Positions 30,833-39,399 of a DNA stretch of 64,000 bases are shown in pieces. Below the pieces are notes generated by a model that did no database searches, was not told where the DNA came from, and worked only from the letters and a program-made list of their open reading frames with translations. The stretch covers positions 96,001 to 160,000 of IMG/VR virus record IMGVR_UViG_3300021399_000105, one strand, 5' to 3'. The first letter of the stretch is position 1. The number at the start of each line of letters is the position of its first letter. This DNA comes from a virus (lineage: Duplodnaviria > Caudoviricetes). The position numbers and the translations under genes are program-made.

Positions 30833-33425
30833 TGTGGAATTTAGAGAAATAATAGATGCAATGGAACAAGCAGAGTCTTATGATGAAATGTATACATTAG
30901 CAGATGAAATAGTTAATCCTAATTTACATGCAGACGTTGTAGATATGATAGACATTTGTAAACGTGATGGAGACGATTTAGAGACATGTTGGAGTTTAGT
31001 TAGTACAGTTCATTTAGATGATAAGATATATTTAAACAATGATGAAGATTTAACAGAAATGGAAGATGAAGAATTAGAAAATTTAGACGAAGCTAAACAA
31101 AAAACAACAGAGAAATTAAATACATTCGAGAAAACAACATTTAGTAAAAAAGTTTTAGACGCACAAACAGATAACGAACTAAAGGATATAATAGGTGAAA
31201 TAAGATATTACAGTGAACCAACATATACAAGATGTATGGAAATAATTGATGGAGAAGGTACTACACAATATAAAGCAGGTCAAATATCTGATATCATATA
31301 TCAATTAAATGAAACTAAAAAGGTTAAAACAGAAAAAGTTCTAACATCTTCTAATGGGAAATTTAAAAAAGGTGATGTTTATATAAATGGACAAGGAGCA
31401 ATGATTAGAATAACTGACTATACAAAAGCTGGAACCCCACAATTTGATATAGGTATGCCTGTGGACTTCACTAGAGGTACTTACGAATGTAGAGGAACAG
31501 ATAGTGATGAATCACTACAATCAATATTAGATAATAATGGATATGTAAAAGTAAATGAAAGTAAACAAATTAAAGCAGAGGAAGCTAGTGTAGAATTTAA
31601 GGTTGGAGATGTAGTAAAGGTTCCTTATAAATATGGTTCATATACTCCAGGAGAATTTACAGAAGCTCCAATAATAGATATAACAGATAATCATTTTGTA
31701 ACACTTGAAATACCATCTAAATTGGAAGTAACAGTAGACCAACTTAGAAAATGGAACTCGAAACAAATTAAAACAGAGGAAGTAGACCGTACATATATAA
31801 ATAATAATTTAGAATTAAAGAAACAAATGGATACAATATATAAAGATTTGGAATCTAGATTAAATTCTAAACTAGGTATTACATTACAAGGTGATGCTTT
31901 TGGTAGATTTGATGAACAGTATAAAACAGCTATTATAAATGTTGATGACACTGTATCTGTAAAAATACGTTTAGCTTACTCATTACCTGATGGTATTTAC
32001 AACTATATAAGATTAAATTATTCTGGAGATAAAATTACTCAAACTGGGTCAGGACAAATAGAAGGTACAGATTTACAATATAGTGAAAGTTCTACTATGG
32101 AAGAAATACCTGGAGGAAGTTATTCGGCATATAAAGATGATTCACCTACTAAAATAGAACGTAAAGGTTTAACTGTAGATGAATTTATAGCAAATGTTAA
32201 ACATATTGTAGATGAAAAGATAGACAGTAAAACTGAGTCTTCAGAGGAACAAGAGGTAAAGGAATACAGATATATAACAAATCATGGTATAGGGCCTGGA
32301 ACATTACCTAGTGGAGTTTTTGTAAGAGCAGAAGTATTACCAAACTTTAAGACAGCAATATATACAAATAGACCTTTAACAGATGAAGAACTAAAGTATT
32401 ATGATATCAAACCAGAGTGGATACAAGAATGTAAAATACAGGAGTCTAAAGATATACAATATATTACACAAGAAGAATTAGACGCAATGGATGATGATTA
32501 TAAAACAACTGTAGGACATACCATAGATGTGGAAGTTAATTATTGGGGTAAAAATAGAGAAGACGTAGTTAATTACTACAAGAATTTAGGTTTTTCAGAA
32601 CAAGACCCAATGATTATAACTATGGAAGATGGACAAACAGTATTAAAACCTGTAAAGATTAAACAAGTTGAATCTAAATTAACTGAAGGTACTGAATCTT
32701 GGAAAGATGTACAAGAAAACGATATTAAATTATATATGAACACATGGAAGAATTATAATGAGAATGGTGCTGAAGCCGAATCTATTGGCGGAGGTTGGAT
32801 GAATATTGATGAAGCAGAAGAGTTTTACAAATCACATGGAGAGGAAGAACCTTTCATAAACGATATAGATTGGGAAACTACATTTACACCTTGTGTATGT
32901 AAAGATGTTACAGATGATACAGATGTATTAAATTTTATTGAGGATGTTAGAACATACTGTAGATGTCAAGACCAAGAAATATTACAAGCAATAATGGAAT
33001 CGGATTCATGTAATGTAGATGAAGCTATGGATATATTAAATAGTGGTAGTTATGTTTACTATAGTGGTGTTTCCGATGACGAAGAGCTGGGTCAACAAGT
33101 AGTATCAGATGCGGGTGGATTACTTAGTGCTTTAACTTTAGATACTATTCGACAATATATAGATGAGGATTTAGTACGTGATGATTTACGTCAAGATGAA
33201 ATGTTTCAAGATTATGTATTACAAGAGGAAGATGCAAATTCTATAGATGATGTAGATGATGACACAATTGACGAATATTTAGATGAATATGTTGATATGT
33301 ATATTACAGATATGTACAATGGAGGTAATGAAGAAGGGTTAGAAACTTACTTTGACTTTGAAGATTACGGGTCAGATATAAGTATGGATTACACATTTAC
33401 TGAATTTGGAGCAGTTTCTATATAA
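30825..33425 (+). CDS. Polyvalent protein with a DarA_C-like module and C-terminal ArdA-like antirestriction domain
   Basis: KLYMNTWKNYNENG...GGWM...EEPFIND...YFDFEDYGSDISMDYTFTEFG (~32720..33425); DarA_C-like module ~32262..32430; ESKQIKAE linkers. Confidence 0.75.
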   Translation: MSNVEFREIIDAMEQAESYDEMYTLADEIVNPNLHADVVDMIDICKRDGDDLETCWSLVSTVHLDDKIYLNNDEDLTEMEDEELENLDEAKQKTTEKLNTFEKTTFSKKVLDAQTDNELKDIIGEIRYYSEPTYTRCMEIIDGEGTTQYKAGQISDIIYQLNETKKVKTEKVLTSSNGKFKKGDVYINGQGAMIRITDYTKAGTPQFDIGMPVDFTRGTYECRGTDSDESLQSILDNNGYVKVNESKQIKAEEASVEFKVGDVVKVPYKYGSYTPGEFTEAPIIDITDNHFVTLEIPSKLEVTVDQLRKWNSKQIKTEEVDRTYINNNLELKKQMDTIYKDLESRLNSKLGITLQGDAFGRFDEQYKTAIINVDDTVSVKIRLAYSLPDGIYNYIRLNYSGDKITQTGSGQIEGTDLQYSESSTMEEIPGGSYSAYKDDSPTKIERKGLTVDEFIANVKHIVDEKIDSKTESSEEQEVKEYRYITNHGIGPGTLPSGVFVRAEVLPNFKTAIYTNRPLTDEELKYYDIKPEWIQECKIQESKDIQYITQEELDAMDDDYKTTVGHTIDVEVNYWGKNREDVVNYYKNLGFSEQDPMIITMEDGQTVLKPVKIKQVESKLTEGTESWKDVQENDIKLYMNTWKNYNENGAEAESIGGGWMNIDEAEEFYKSHGEEEPFINDIDWETTFTPCVCKDVTDDTDVLNFIEDVRTYCRCQDQEILQAIMESDSCNVDEAMDILNSGSYVYYSGVSDDEELGQQVVSDAGGLLSALTLDTIRQYIDEDLVRDDLRQDEMFQDYVLQEEDANSIDDVDDDTIDEYLDEYVDMYITDMYNGGNEEGLETYFDFEDYGSDISMDYTFTEFGAVSI

Positions 33426-33443
33426 CATGGAGGTAATGAATAT

Positions 33444-33788
33444 ATGGACAAAACAATAATGGAACAGTTAGAAGAGATGTTGGATAAATCTTTTACTACA
33501 AATGAACTTAATACTAAGTTACAACAAATTTTCAACTTAAAAAAAGATTTTATAAACGATGAGTACGTGTGGGATGATATAAGAGAGTATAACGAAATAT
33601 ATGTAGAAGATGAGTTTAGAAATTATGTGGATATAGTATTAGATGAAACTACGGGTATAGAATACGTTGTAAATCCAGAAGATACATATAGTTTATACTT
33701 AAAAGATTATTTGGGTAACAACTATGAACTAGTTTATAAAATTAAAGACTATGATAAATGTATAGTAACAGTTTGGGATATACAATAA
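33444..33788 (+). CDS. Hypothetical acidic protein
   Basis: 114-aa ORF, ggaggt RBS. Confidence 0.6.
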   Translation: MDKTIMEQLEEMLDKSFTTNELNTKLQQIFNLKKDFINDEYVWDDIREYNEIYVEDEFRNYVDIVLDETTGIEYVVNPEDTYSLYLKDYLGNNYELVYKIKDYDKCIVTVWDIQ

Positions 33789-33801
33789 GGAGATATTAAA
33801 G

Positions 33802-34092
33802 ATGAAATATGTAATTAACTTAAAACCCAAAGAGCAACTTAATTTAAATGAAATGGAAAAGCAAATTAAGAGTGCTAAAAATAGTAACGATTATGTATTA
33901 GTTAATTTTGGCAGAGACGGTAAATTTATAAAAATAGCATTTAGTAAGGACCAGACGTATACTGTAGGATACAATATATGGAATATGGAATTCTCAGTTA
34001 AAACTAATGTAATGCTAAGACAGTATAAAATATCTGTAAGTAATGTTTTAGCTAATTACTTAACTAGATGGGTAAATAAATTAAATAAATAA
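33802..34092 (+). CDS. Hypothetical protein
   Basis: 96-aa ORF, aaggag RBS. Confidence 0.6.
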   Translation: MKYVINLKPKEQLNLNEMEKQIKSAKNSNDYVLVNFGRDGKFIKIAFSKDQTYTVGYNIWNMEFSVKTNVMLRQYKISVSNVLANYLTRWVNKLNK

Positions 34093-34105
34093 ATATAAAA
34101 TAACT

Positions 34106-34141
34106 GGGATTATATTTAATAAGTTAAATATAATCCCTTTT
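34106..34141 (+). terminator. Rho-independent terminator
   Basis: gggattatatttaa...ttaaatataatccc followed by T's. Confidence 0.75.
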
Positions 34142-34144
34142 ATG

Positions 34145-34158
34145 TGTAAAATATTAGT
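34145..34158 (+). promoter_or_regulatory. Putative late promoter
   Basis: TGTAAAATATTAGT. Confidence 0.7.
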
Positions 34159-34187
34159 AATTAACAAAGTTGGAGGTAAAATGAATA

Positions 34188-35510
34188 ATGGATATAATAA
34201 GTAAACTAATTTTAATGCTTAATGATAAAGACATGTGGTTTACAACAGAACATGACCCAATAGTAGGCTTATTTGGTGTATCTGTAGATAACTACATTAA
34301 ACTAGATGAGTATGGAGAAGTTACAGACGAACGTGAAATTAAAAGAATAACATCTGAAATACTAAATTATATAGGCGATGGAGCTATTACAGAAGAAGAT
34401 GCAATAGAAATGTGGATACGTGAAGCATTTAATAATGGTCAAGTTTGGTATAAAGATTCTTTAATAACAAAATTTAAAGATAAGCAACTTGTAGACAATA
34501 TTGAAGCATATGAGTTACACACAGAGAGTAAAGAAATAAAAACAGAATCTAATAAAAATGTTAAAGATGCATTAACTAGTTTAAATGTTTCTAACTTTGT
34601 AGAATTAAAAGATGAACTAGAAAGATTAGTAGATGAAGATATAATAGATAATGGTGTGTATGATATATGTTATGACATAGCAAATGAACAAGAAACAAAG
34701 TGTGCAGATTATATTAGACGTAGAAGTGAAGTAACAAATACAGATTATGAAGATGAAATTGGTATAGAAGCAGACTATGTAAGAGGTGCTGTAGAGAATA
34801 TGATAGCACAATTTACTGACTTAAATGAGTCTAAACAAACTCTAGTAGAAGATAATTCAAATTCAGAAAATAACAGCGAAGAAAAATTTAAAGAACAGCA
34901 AATAAGAAGTATATGTGCTAGTATGGGAACTAATTTAGTATTTTTAAAACAAAATTTAGGAGTTAATAGTGATAGAGCAAAAGAATTACAATTAGAAATA
35001 AAAACTCAATTCACAAAACTTAAAGAATTGCTTCCAAACTTAACAGATACACAAATTGTAGATTTTGCTGCGGATAAAGATGATTACAGATTAAGTCAAG
35101 TCAAACTACTAAACCAATTAGTAGAATATGGTTTTGAAGTTGTAAATAATAGTGATATAAAAACTGAAAGTGTTAGATATCTTGTAGAAGACAATCAAAA
35201 AAGTAAGCAAGTAATAGATAGTTTATTAACTGCAGATGATTTTGATGCAAGTACACCTGAAGGTAAATTAGTGTTAAGATTATCTAAGATATATAACGAA
35301 TTATCAAAAGATGGGTATGATGTAGGTGTTTCCTATAGTAATGGTGAGGGGTTAATACAAATTCCTATAGATAAGAAAGGTGGTAGTTTGTTAGTTCCAG
35401 TACAAAATGAGAACGATAAATTAAGTAGTACACTTGGTGGAAATATACCATTAACTATAGATAATATGAATGCGTTTACAGATTTATACACAACGTTAGC
35501 AAGTTTATAA
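34188..35510 (+). CDS. Modular head-internal-type polyprotein
   Basis: ESKEIKTE and ESKQTLVE linkers; LNVSxFxEL...CxDYIRRRSxVTNTD module shared with 13721..17524. Confidence 0.65.
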   Translation: MDIISKLILMLNDKDMWFTTEHDPIVGLFGVSVDNYIKLDEYGEVTDEREIKRITSEILNYIGDGAITEEDAIEMWIREAFNNGQVWYKDSLITKFKDKQLVDNIEAYELHTESKEIKTESNKNVKDALTSLNVSNFVELKDELERLVDEDIIDNGVYDICYDIANEQETKCADYIRRRSEVTNTDYEDEIGIEADYVRGAVENMIAQFTDLNESKQTLVEDNSNSENNSEEKFKEQQIRSICASMGTNLVFLKQNLGVNSDRAKELQLEIKTQFTKLKELLPNLTDTQIVDFAADKDDYRLSQVKLLNQLVEYGFEVVNNSDIKTESVRYLVEDNQKSKQVIDSLLTADDFDASTPEGKLVLRLSKIYNELSKDGYDVGVSYSNGEGLIQIPIDKKGGSLLVPVQNENDKLSSTLGGNIPLTIDNMNAFTDLYTTLASL

Positions 35511-35533
35511 TTTGAGATGGAGGTATTTATAAA

Positions 35534-36016
35534 ATGGCAAATAATTTAAATGTAACACAAGCAACAATACAAGCTTTAGTTAATGAAATTCCAAAAGAAG
35601 ATGATGTAGAGGTAGAAGGTGTAGTAGATGGTATCTTGGTTGTAACTGACCCAGAAATATCTGAAGAGGATTACACAGAAGTTATTGAAAATGCTCAAGA
35701 AATTATAGAAGATACACCTGAAGGACAAATACCATTTATGGAAGATTATTTAGGATGTTACTTACAAACTTGTCCAATATGTGGAAATACGTTTGTAACT
35801 AAAGATATTTTAGGAAGTGAAGATAACTGTCCGGTATGTTTAGAACAACCTGGTAACTTTGTAATGGTAGGTAAAATACAAGCCGATGAAAATAGACGTG
35901 ATGAAGTTAATGATGAAGAAAATGAAGAAGATGAATTAAATGATATGTTTAATGATACTAATACAGATGTCGAAGTTAATGACGAACAAACTGTAGAAAC
36001 GGATGAAGAAGTTTAA
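35534..36016 (+). CDS. Acidic zinc-ribbon protein
   Basis: CPIC...CPVC; N-terminus VTQATIQALVNE weakly leader-like. Confidence 0.6.
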   Translation: MANNLNVTQATIQALVNEIPKEDDVEVEGVVDGILVVTDPEISEEDYTEVIENAQEIIEDTPEGQIPFMEDYLGCYLQTCPICGNTFVTKDILGSEDNCPVCLEQPGNFVMVGKIQADENRRDEVNDEENEEDELNDMFNDTNTDVEVNDEQTVETDEEV

Positions 36017-36106
36017 TATACTCCAAATTTTATAATATAAAAAGATGTTACTATATTTACAATATATTGTTTGTAGTAACATCTTATTTTTATTTTAATA
36101 AAGTTA

Positions 36107-36135
36107 TTTACAAATTTTAAAATTTATTATATAAT
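36107..36135 (+). promoter_or_regulatory. Sigma-A-type promoter
   Basis: TTTACA-N17-TATAAT after a terminator hairpin at 36042..36091. Confidence 0.7.
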
Positions 36136-36177
36136 ATATTTATACAAATATTGTTTGTGGGAGTGTGGTAATTACAA

Positions 36178-36642
36178 ATGGTTAATCGTAGTGAAATAAG
36201 AAGATTGGAAAAGGCAGCTAGAGAGAAGGATAAAGCAAAATTAGTTGAGTGGGCTAAAGATTACGAAACACAAATTTCATCTGAGTTAAGAATAGTATAC
36301 AATAATGCTTATAAAGAAGAAATAGAAGATTCTATAACTAATATGTTAATAGCTTTAGCTTATACACTTTATTACAGTGAGGAAGTACAAATAAAGGCAG
36401 AGGATATACCGGACTTTATGGCAGATTTATTAGCTACTATAGATACATATAAAACAGGTGAATGTAATCCAAATGAGTATTTAGAGGAATTAAAGAGTAT
36501 AGGTATAAAATTTAAGGAATACGACTATAATAAATTATATAGAGAAAAAATAGATAGACTTAATACATTATTAGAAGAATATACAAGTAAAGTAGAACAA
36601 TTAGATTTAAAATTAAACGAATTAGATGCTAAAACAATATAG
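36178..36642 (+). CDS. Hypothetical protein
   Basis: 154-aa ORF downstream of the promoter. Confidence 0.65.
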   Translation: MVNRSEIRRLEKAAREKDKAKLVEWAKDYETQISSELRIVYNNAYKEEIEDSITNMLIALAYTLYYSEEVQIKAEDIPDFMADLLATIDTYKTGECNPNEYLEELKSIGIKFKEYDYNKLYREKIDRLNTLLEEYTSKVEQLDLKLNELDAKTI

Positions 36643-36735
36643 TAAGTTGTTTAATGTATAAAAATTGTTTAAATTGGAACCTAATTAGAGTTAAGACATA
36701 AATAAACATTAAATATAAAAATTATATGTAGGGAG

Positions 36736-37281
36736 GTGATTAATATGGATGAAAAACTATATATTAGACAACCAAAATTAAAAACTCAAGCAGAACGAGA
36801 TAGAGCATACAATAAGCGTAAACTAAGAACAAAAATAGCAAATTTAGTTGCTAGAAATAGTGGTATTGATAGAAGATGCTGTATATGTGGTCAACCCGGT
36901 AAAATATTACATAATGAAGGTAATCCATATATGATTACTTTTATATGTGATAATTGTAGACTAGATGAAAATTTAGTTAAACAAGCTGAGTCAAATAGAT
37001 ATGATATTAGAACTAAATTAAATAAGCGTCATAAAGCATATTCTCACTTTACAGACACTGAGATTAAACAAATTGTAGATAACTATTTAAAGAAAATGTT
37101 AACTATAGGTGAGTATTGTGATGAAGTTAAGTTAAGTAGGCATCAATTTAATAAATTAGTTAGTATATATAATGAGAAGGAACCTAAAGCTAATATTAGT
37201 CAAAGGGTTACAGTTCATTCCCAAAAAATAAAAGCACAACTAAGAAATAATCAAATGGAACAGAATAAATTATGGAGTTAA
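36736..37281 (+). CDS. Zinc-finger plus putative HTH protein (possible regulator)
   Basis: CCIC...H...CDNC; LTIGEYCDEVKLSRHQFNKL HTH-like segment. Confidence 0.5.
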   Translation: MINMDEKLYIRQPKLKTQAERDRAYNKRKLRTKIANLVARNSGIDRRCCICGQPGKILHNEGNPYMITFICDNCRLDENLVKQAESNRYDIRTKLNKRHKAYSHFTDTEIKQIVDNYLKKMLTIGEYCDEVKLSRHQFNKLVSIYNEKEPKANISQRVTVHSQKIKAQLRNNQMEQNKLWS

Positions 37282-37301
37282 ACAAGGGAGGTATATTTAT
37301 T

Positions 37302-37670
37302 ATGGGTAAATATATTATAGATGTACAAGGAAAATGTATGTCCACTAAGGAGTATTTAGAGAAAATAAAAGATTCTCAATTTGATAAGGAGTTTGATGAG
37401 GCAATTAGATTAGCTACACAACAAAAAGCAGAATTAGAAGCTAAAAAAGAACATGAACAAGAATTTGTAAAATTAACTACAAAATTAAATGATATTGAGT
37501 GTGAATTAAATATAGCAGAACAATTATATAAAGATAATATTTTTAATGAAGATAAAACTAATAAGGAAAAACAAGAAATTGTAGACCACATTAAATATTT
37601 AAAAACACAATATACCAAAGTTAAAAATAAAATCAACTCATTTATATTAGCAGAACAATCTACAAATTAG
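37302..37670 (+). CDS. Coiled-coil hypothetical protein
   Basis: RBS gggaggt before ATG 37302. Confidence 0.6.
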   Translation: MGKYIIDVQGKCMSTKEYLEKIKDSQFDKEFDEAIRLATQQKAELEAKKEHEQEFVKLTTKLNDIECELNIAEQLYKDNIFNEDKTNKEKQEIVDHIKYLKTQYTKVKNKINSFILAEQSTN

Positions 37671-37720
37671 ATGTTATTATAAAATATAAAATATTATTAG
37701 AAAGGTGTGATGTATTTTAT

Positions 37721-38563
37721 ATGAATAAAAATAACACTAAAAAGAATAAGTCCAAAAAGGATAAACCAGGTATTATACAATCAATTATAACAGATATAAT
37801 TGTATGGATACTAATACTTGGATTTTTAATACTGTATGGTATAAAATGGGTTATATGGGATTTTATGATACTAATTATTATAAAAAATATAATTAAGTTT
37901 ATAAAAAAGTTTTATAAAAATATTATAATTTCAATTATAATAATTATAATTATATCACTTATATATAATAAAGTTAATTATCAGGAACAACTATATAACA
38001 CACAAAGTACACAATTACAGAATATACAAAATGAGTTAAATAATATACAACAAAATATAAATAATTTACAAGAGAATGTAAACACTTTAGAATCTAATTT
38101 AAATACATACAAAGAACAAATAGATAAAACTCAAACTGATTTGGATGATAAAATAGATACTTTAGATACTAAAGTAAAGAATGTATCTTCAAGACGAAGT
38201 AACTCTTTAACAGAAAGTTATACACAACAACCTGTGGAAACTGTGGATAACTCTGTGGATAACTCTACAGAGGATGTGGAATATATTACATTTAATGTAT
38301 CTGCTTATTGTGGTTGTAAAGAGTGTAGCGAAGGTTGGGGTAATCAAACAGCTAGTGGAGCTACTCCTGTACAAGGTATAACTATAGCAGCAGGCTCACA
38401 GTACCCATTTGGAACTAAAATACATTTAGAGGGTTTAGGTACTTATATAGTACAGGATAGAGGTGGAGCTATAAAAGGTAATAAAATAGATGTTTATTTT
38501 GATTCCCATTCAGCTTGTAATAATTTTGGAAGGCAATATATAAAAGGTTACGTAGTTAAATAA
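37721..38563 (+). CDS. Membrane-anchored 3D-domain (cell-wall lytic) protein
   Basis: N-terminal TM segments, coiled coil, SAYC..C...TASG...TIAA...PFGTKI...VQDRGGAIKGNKIDVY. Confidence 0.85.
   Translation: MNKNNTKKNKSKKDKPGIIQSIITDIIVWILILGFLILYGIKWVIWDFMILIIIKNIIKFIKKFYKNIIISIIIIIIISLIYNKVNYQEQLYNTQSTQLQNIQNELNNIQQNINNLQENVNTLESNLNTYKEQIDKTQTDLDDKIDTLDTKVKNVSSRRSNSLTESYTQQPVETVDNSVDNSTEDVEYITFNVSAYCGCKECSEGWGNQTASGATPVQGITIAAGSQYPFGTKIHLEGLGTYIVQDRGGAIKGNKIDVYFDSHSACNNFGRQYIKGYVVK
38233..38283 (-). promoter_or_regulatory. Cluster of DnaA-box-like sequences inside the 3D gene
   Basis: Perfect TTATCCACA (minus strand) at 38242..38250 and 38254..38262; near matches at 38233 and 38275. Confidence 0.4.
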
Positions 38564-38615
38564 AAGTTAAATAAAAATACCATAAAATAAAATTATGGTA
38601 TTTTTATTTTACCTA

Positions 38616-38644
38616 TTTACAAAATAAAAATTAAGTAATATAAT
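38616..38644 (+). promoter_or_regulatory. Sigma-A-type promoter
   Basis: TTTACA-N17-TATAAT after a hairpin at 38574..38610. Confidence 0.65.
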
Positions 38645-38697
38645 ACGAACAGTAAGTAAATTTTTTACTTAAAAAATAAAAATTGGAGGTAGATATT

Positions 38698-39336
38698 ATG
38701 AGTTATGTTTTGGATATAGGTCCTAACACATTTAATTATGATTATGAGAATGGATACGAACATACGAGAATTGAATCTGTTAAATTATACGTGGATGATG
38801 TATTACATGAAGAGTGGATTGCTACAGCTTGGTCAAGAGCTTTAAGAAAAATAGTGGAATTAGTTACACCTTATATAGATAAGAACACAACAGCTTTTGA
38901 AAATAACTTTAATAGACTTTTAAAAACTACAATAAATAAAGGAAATTTTACTTATAATTATTGTTTTAAACCAGAACTATTTACAGATGACAGTTTTATA
39001 ACAAGCAGTTTGTACAAAGGTAATAAAAATCATAAATTAAAACTAGTTACGGATAGAGACGGACAAGAAAAATATATATGTGCTGTCTATACTACAGAAG
39101 TAATTTGGGTATTGGGTGCTTTAATAAGAGCATTAAAGGACTATAATATTAGATTACTTATTACATACGATTTTAGAAAAAATATAAGTACTGACCAAGA
39201 TGTGAATGACTTAATAATAAATATGGAAAATAAGTTGGAGAAAGAAAAAGATATTATAAAACAAGAATTAGAATCTAAACTTCAAGGTATACTATTTGAG
39301 ATTACAGATATACTTAAACAGTTAAAAACCTTGTAA
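38698..39336 (+). CDS. Hypothetical protein
   Basis: ORF with ggaggt RBS. Confidence 0.6.
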   Translation: MSYVLDIGPNTFNYDYENGYEHTRIESVKLYVDDVLHEEWIATAWSRALRKIVELVTPYIDKNTTAFENNFNRLLKTTINKGNFTYNYCFKPELFTDDSFITSSLYKGNKNHKLKLVTDRDGQEKYICAVYTTEVIWVLGALIRALKDYNIRLLITYDFRKNISTDQDVNDLIINMENKLEKEKDIIKQELESKLQGILFEITDILKQLKTL

Positions 39337-39346
39337 AATATTATTG
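39332..39346 (+). promoter_or_regulatory. Putative late promoter
   Basis: TGTAAAATATTATTG. Confidence 0.7.
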
Positions 39347-39399
39347 AATTTCAATGAGCAATTCTTATAATAATATTTAGGGAAGGAGATATTTTTATT

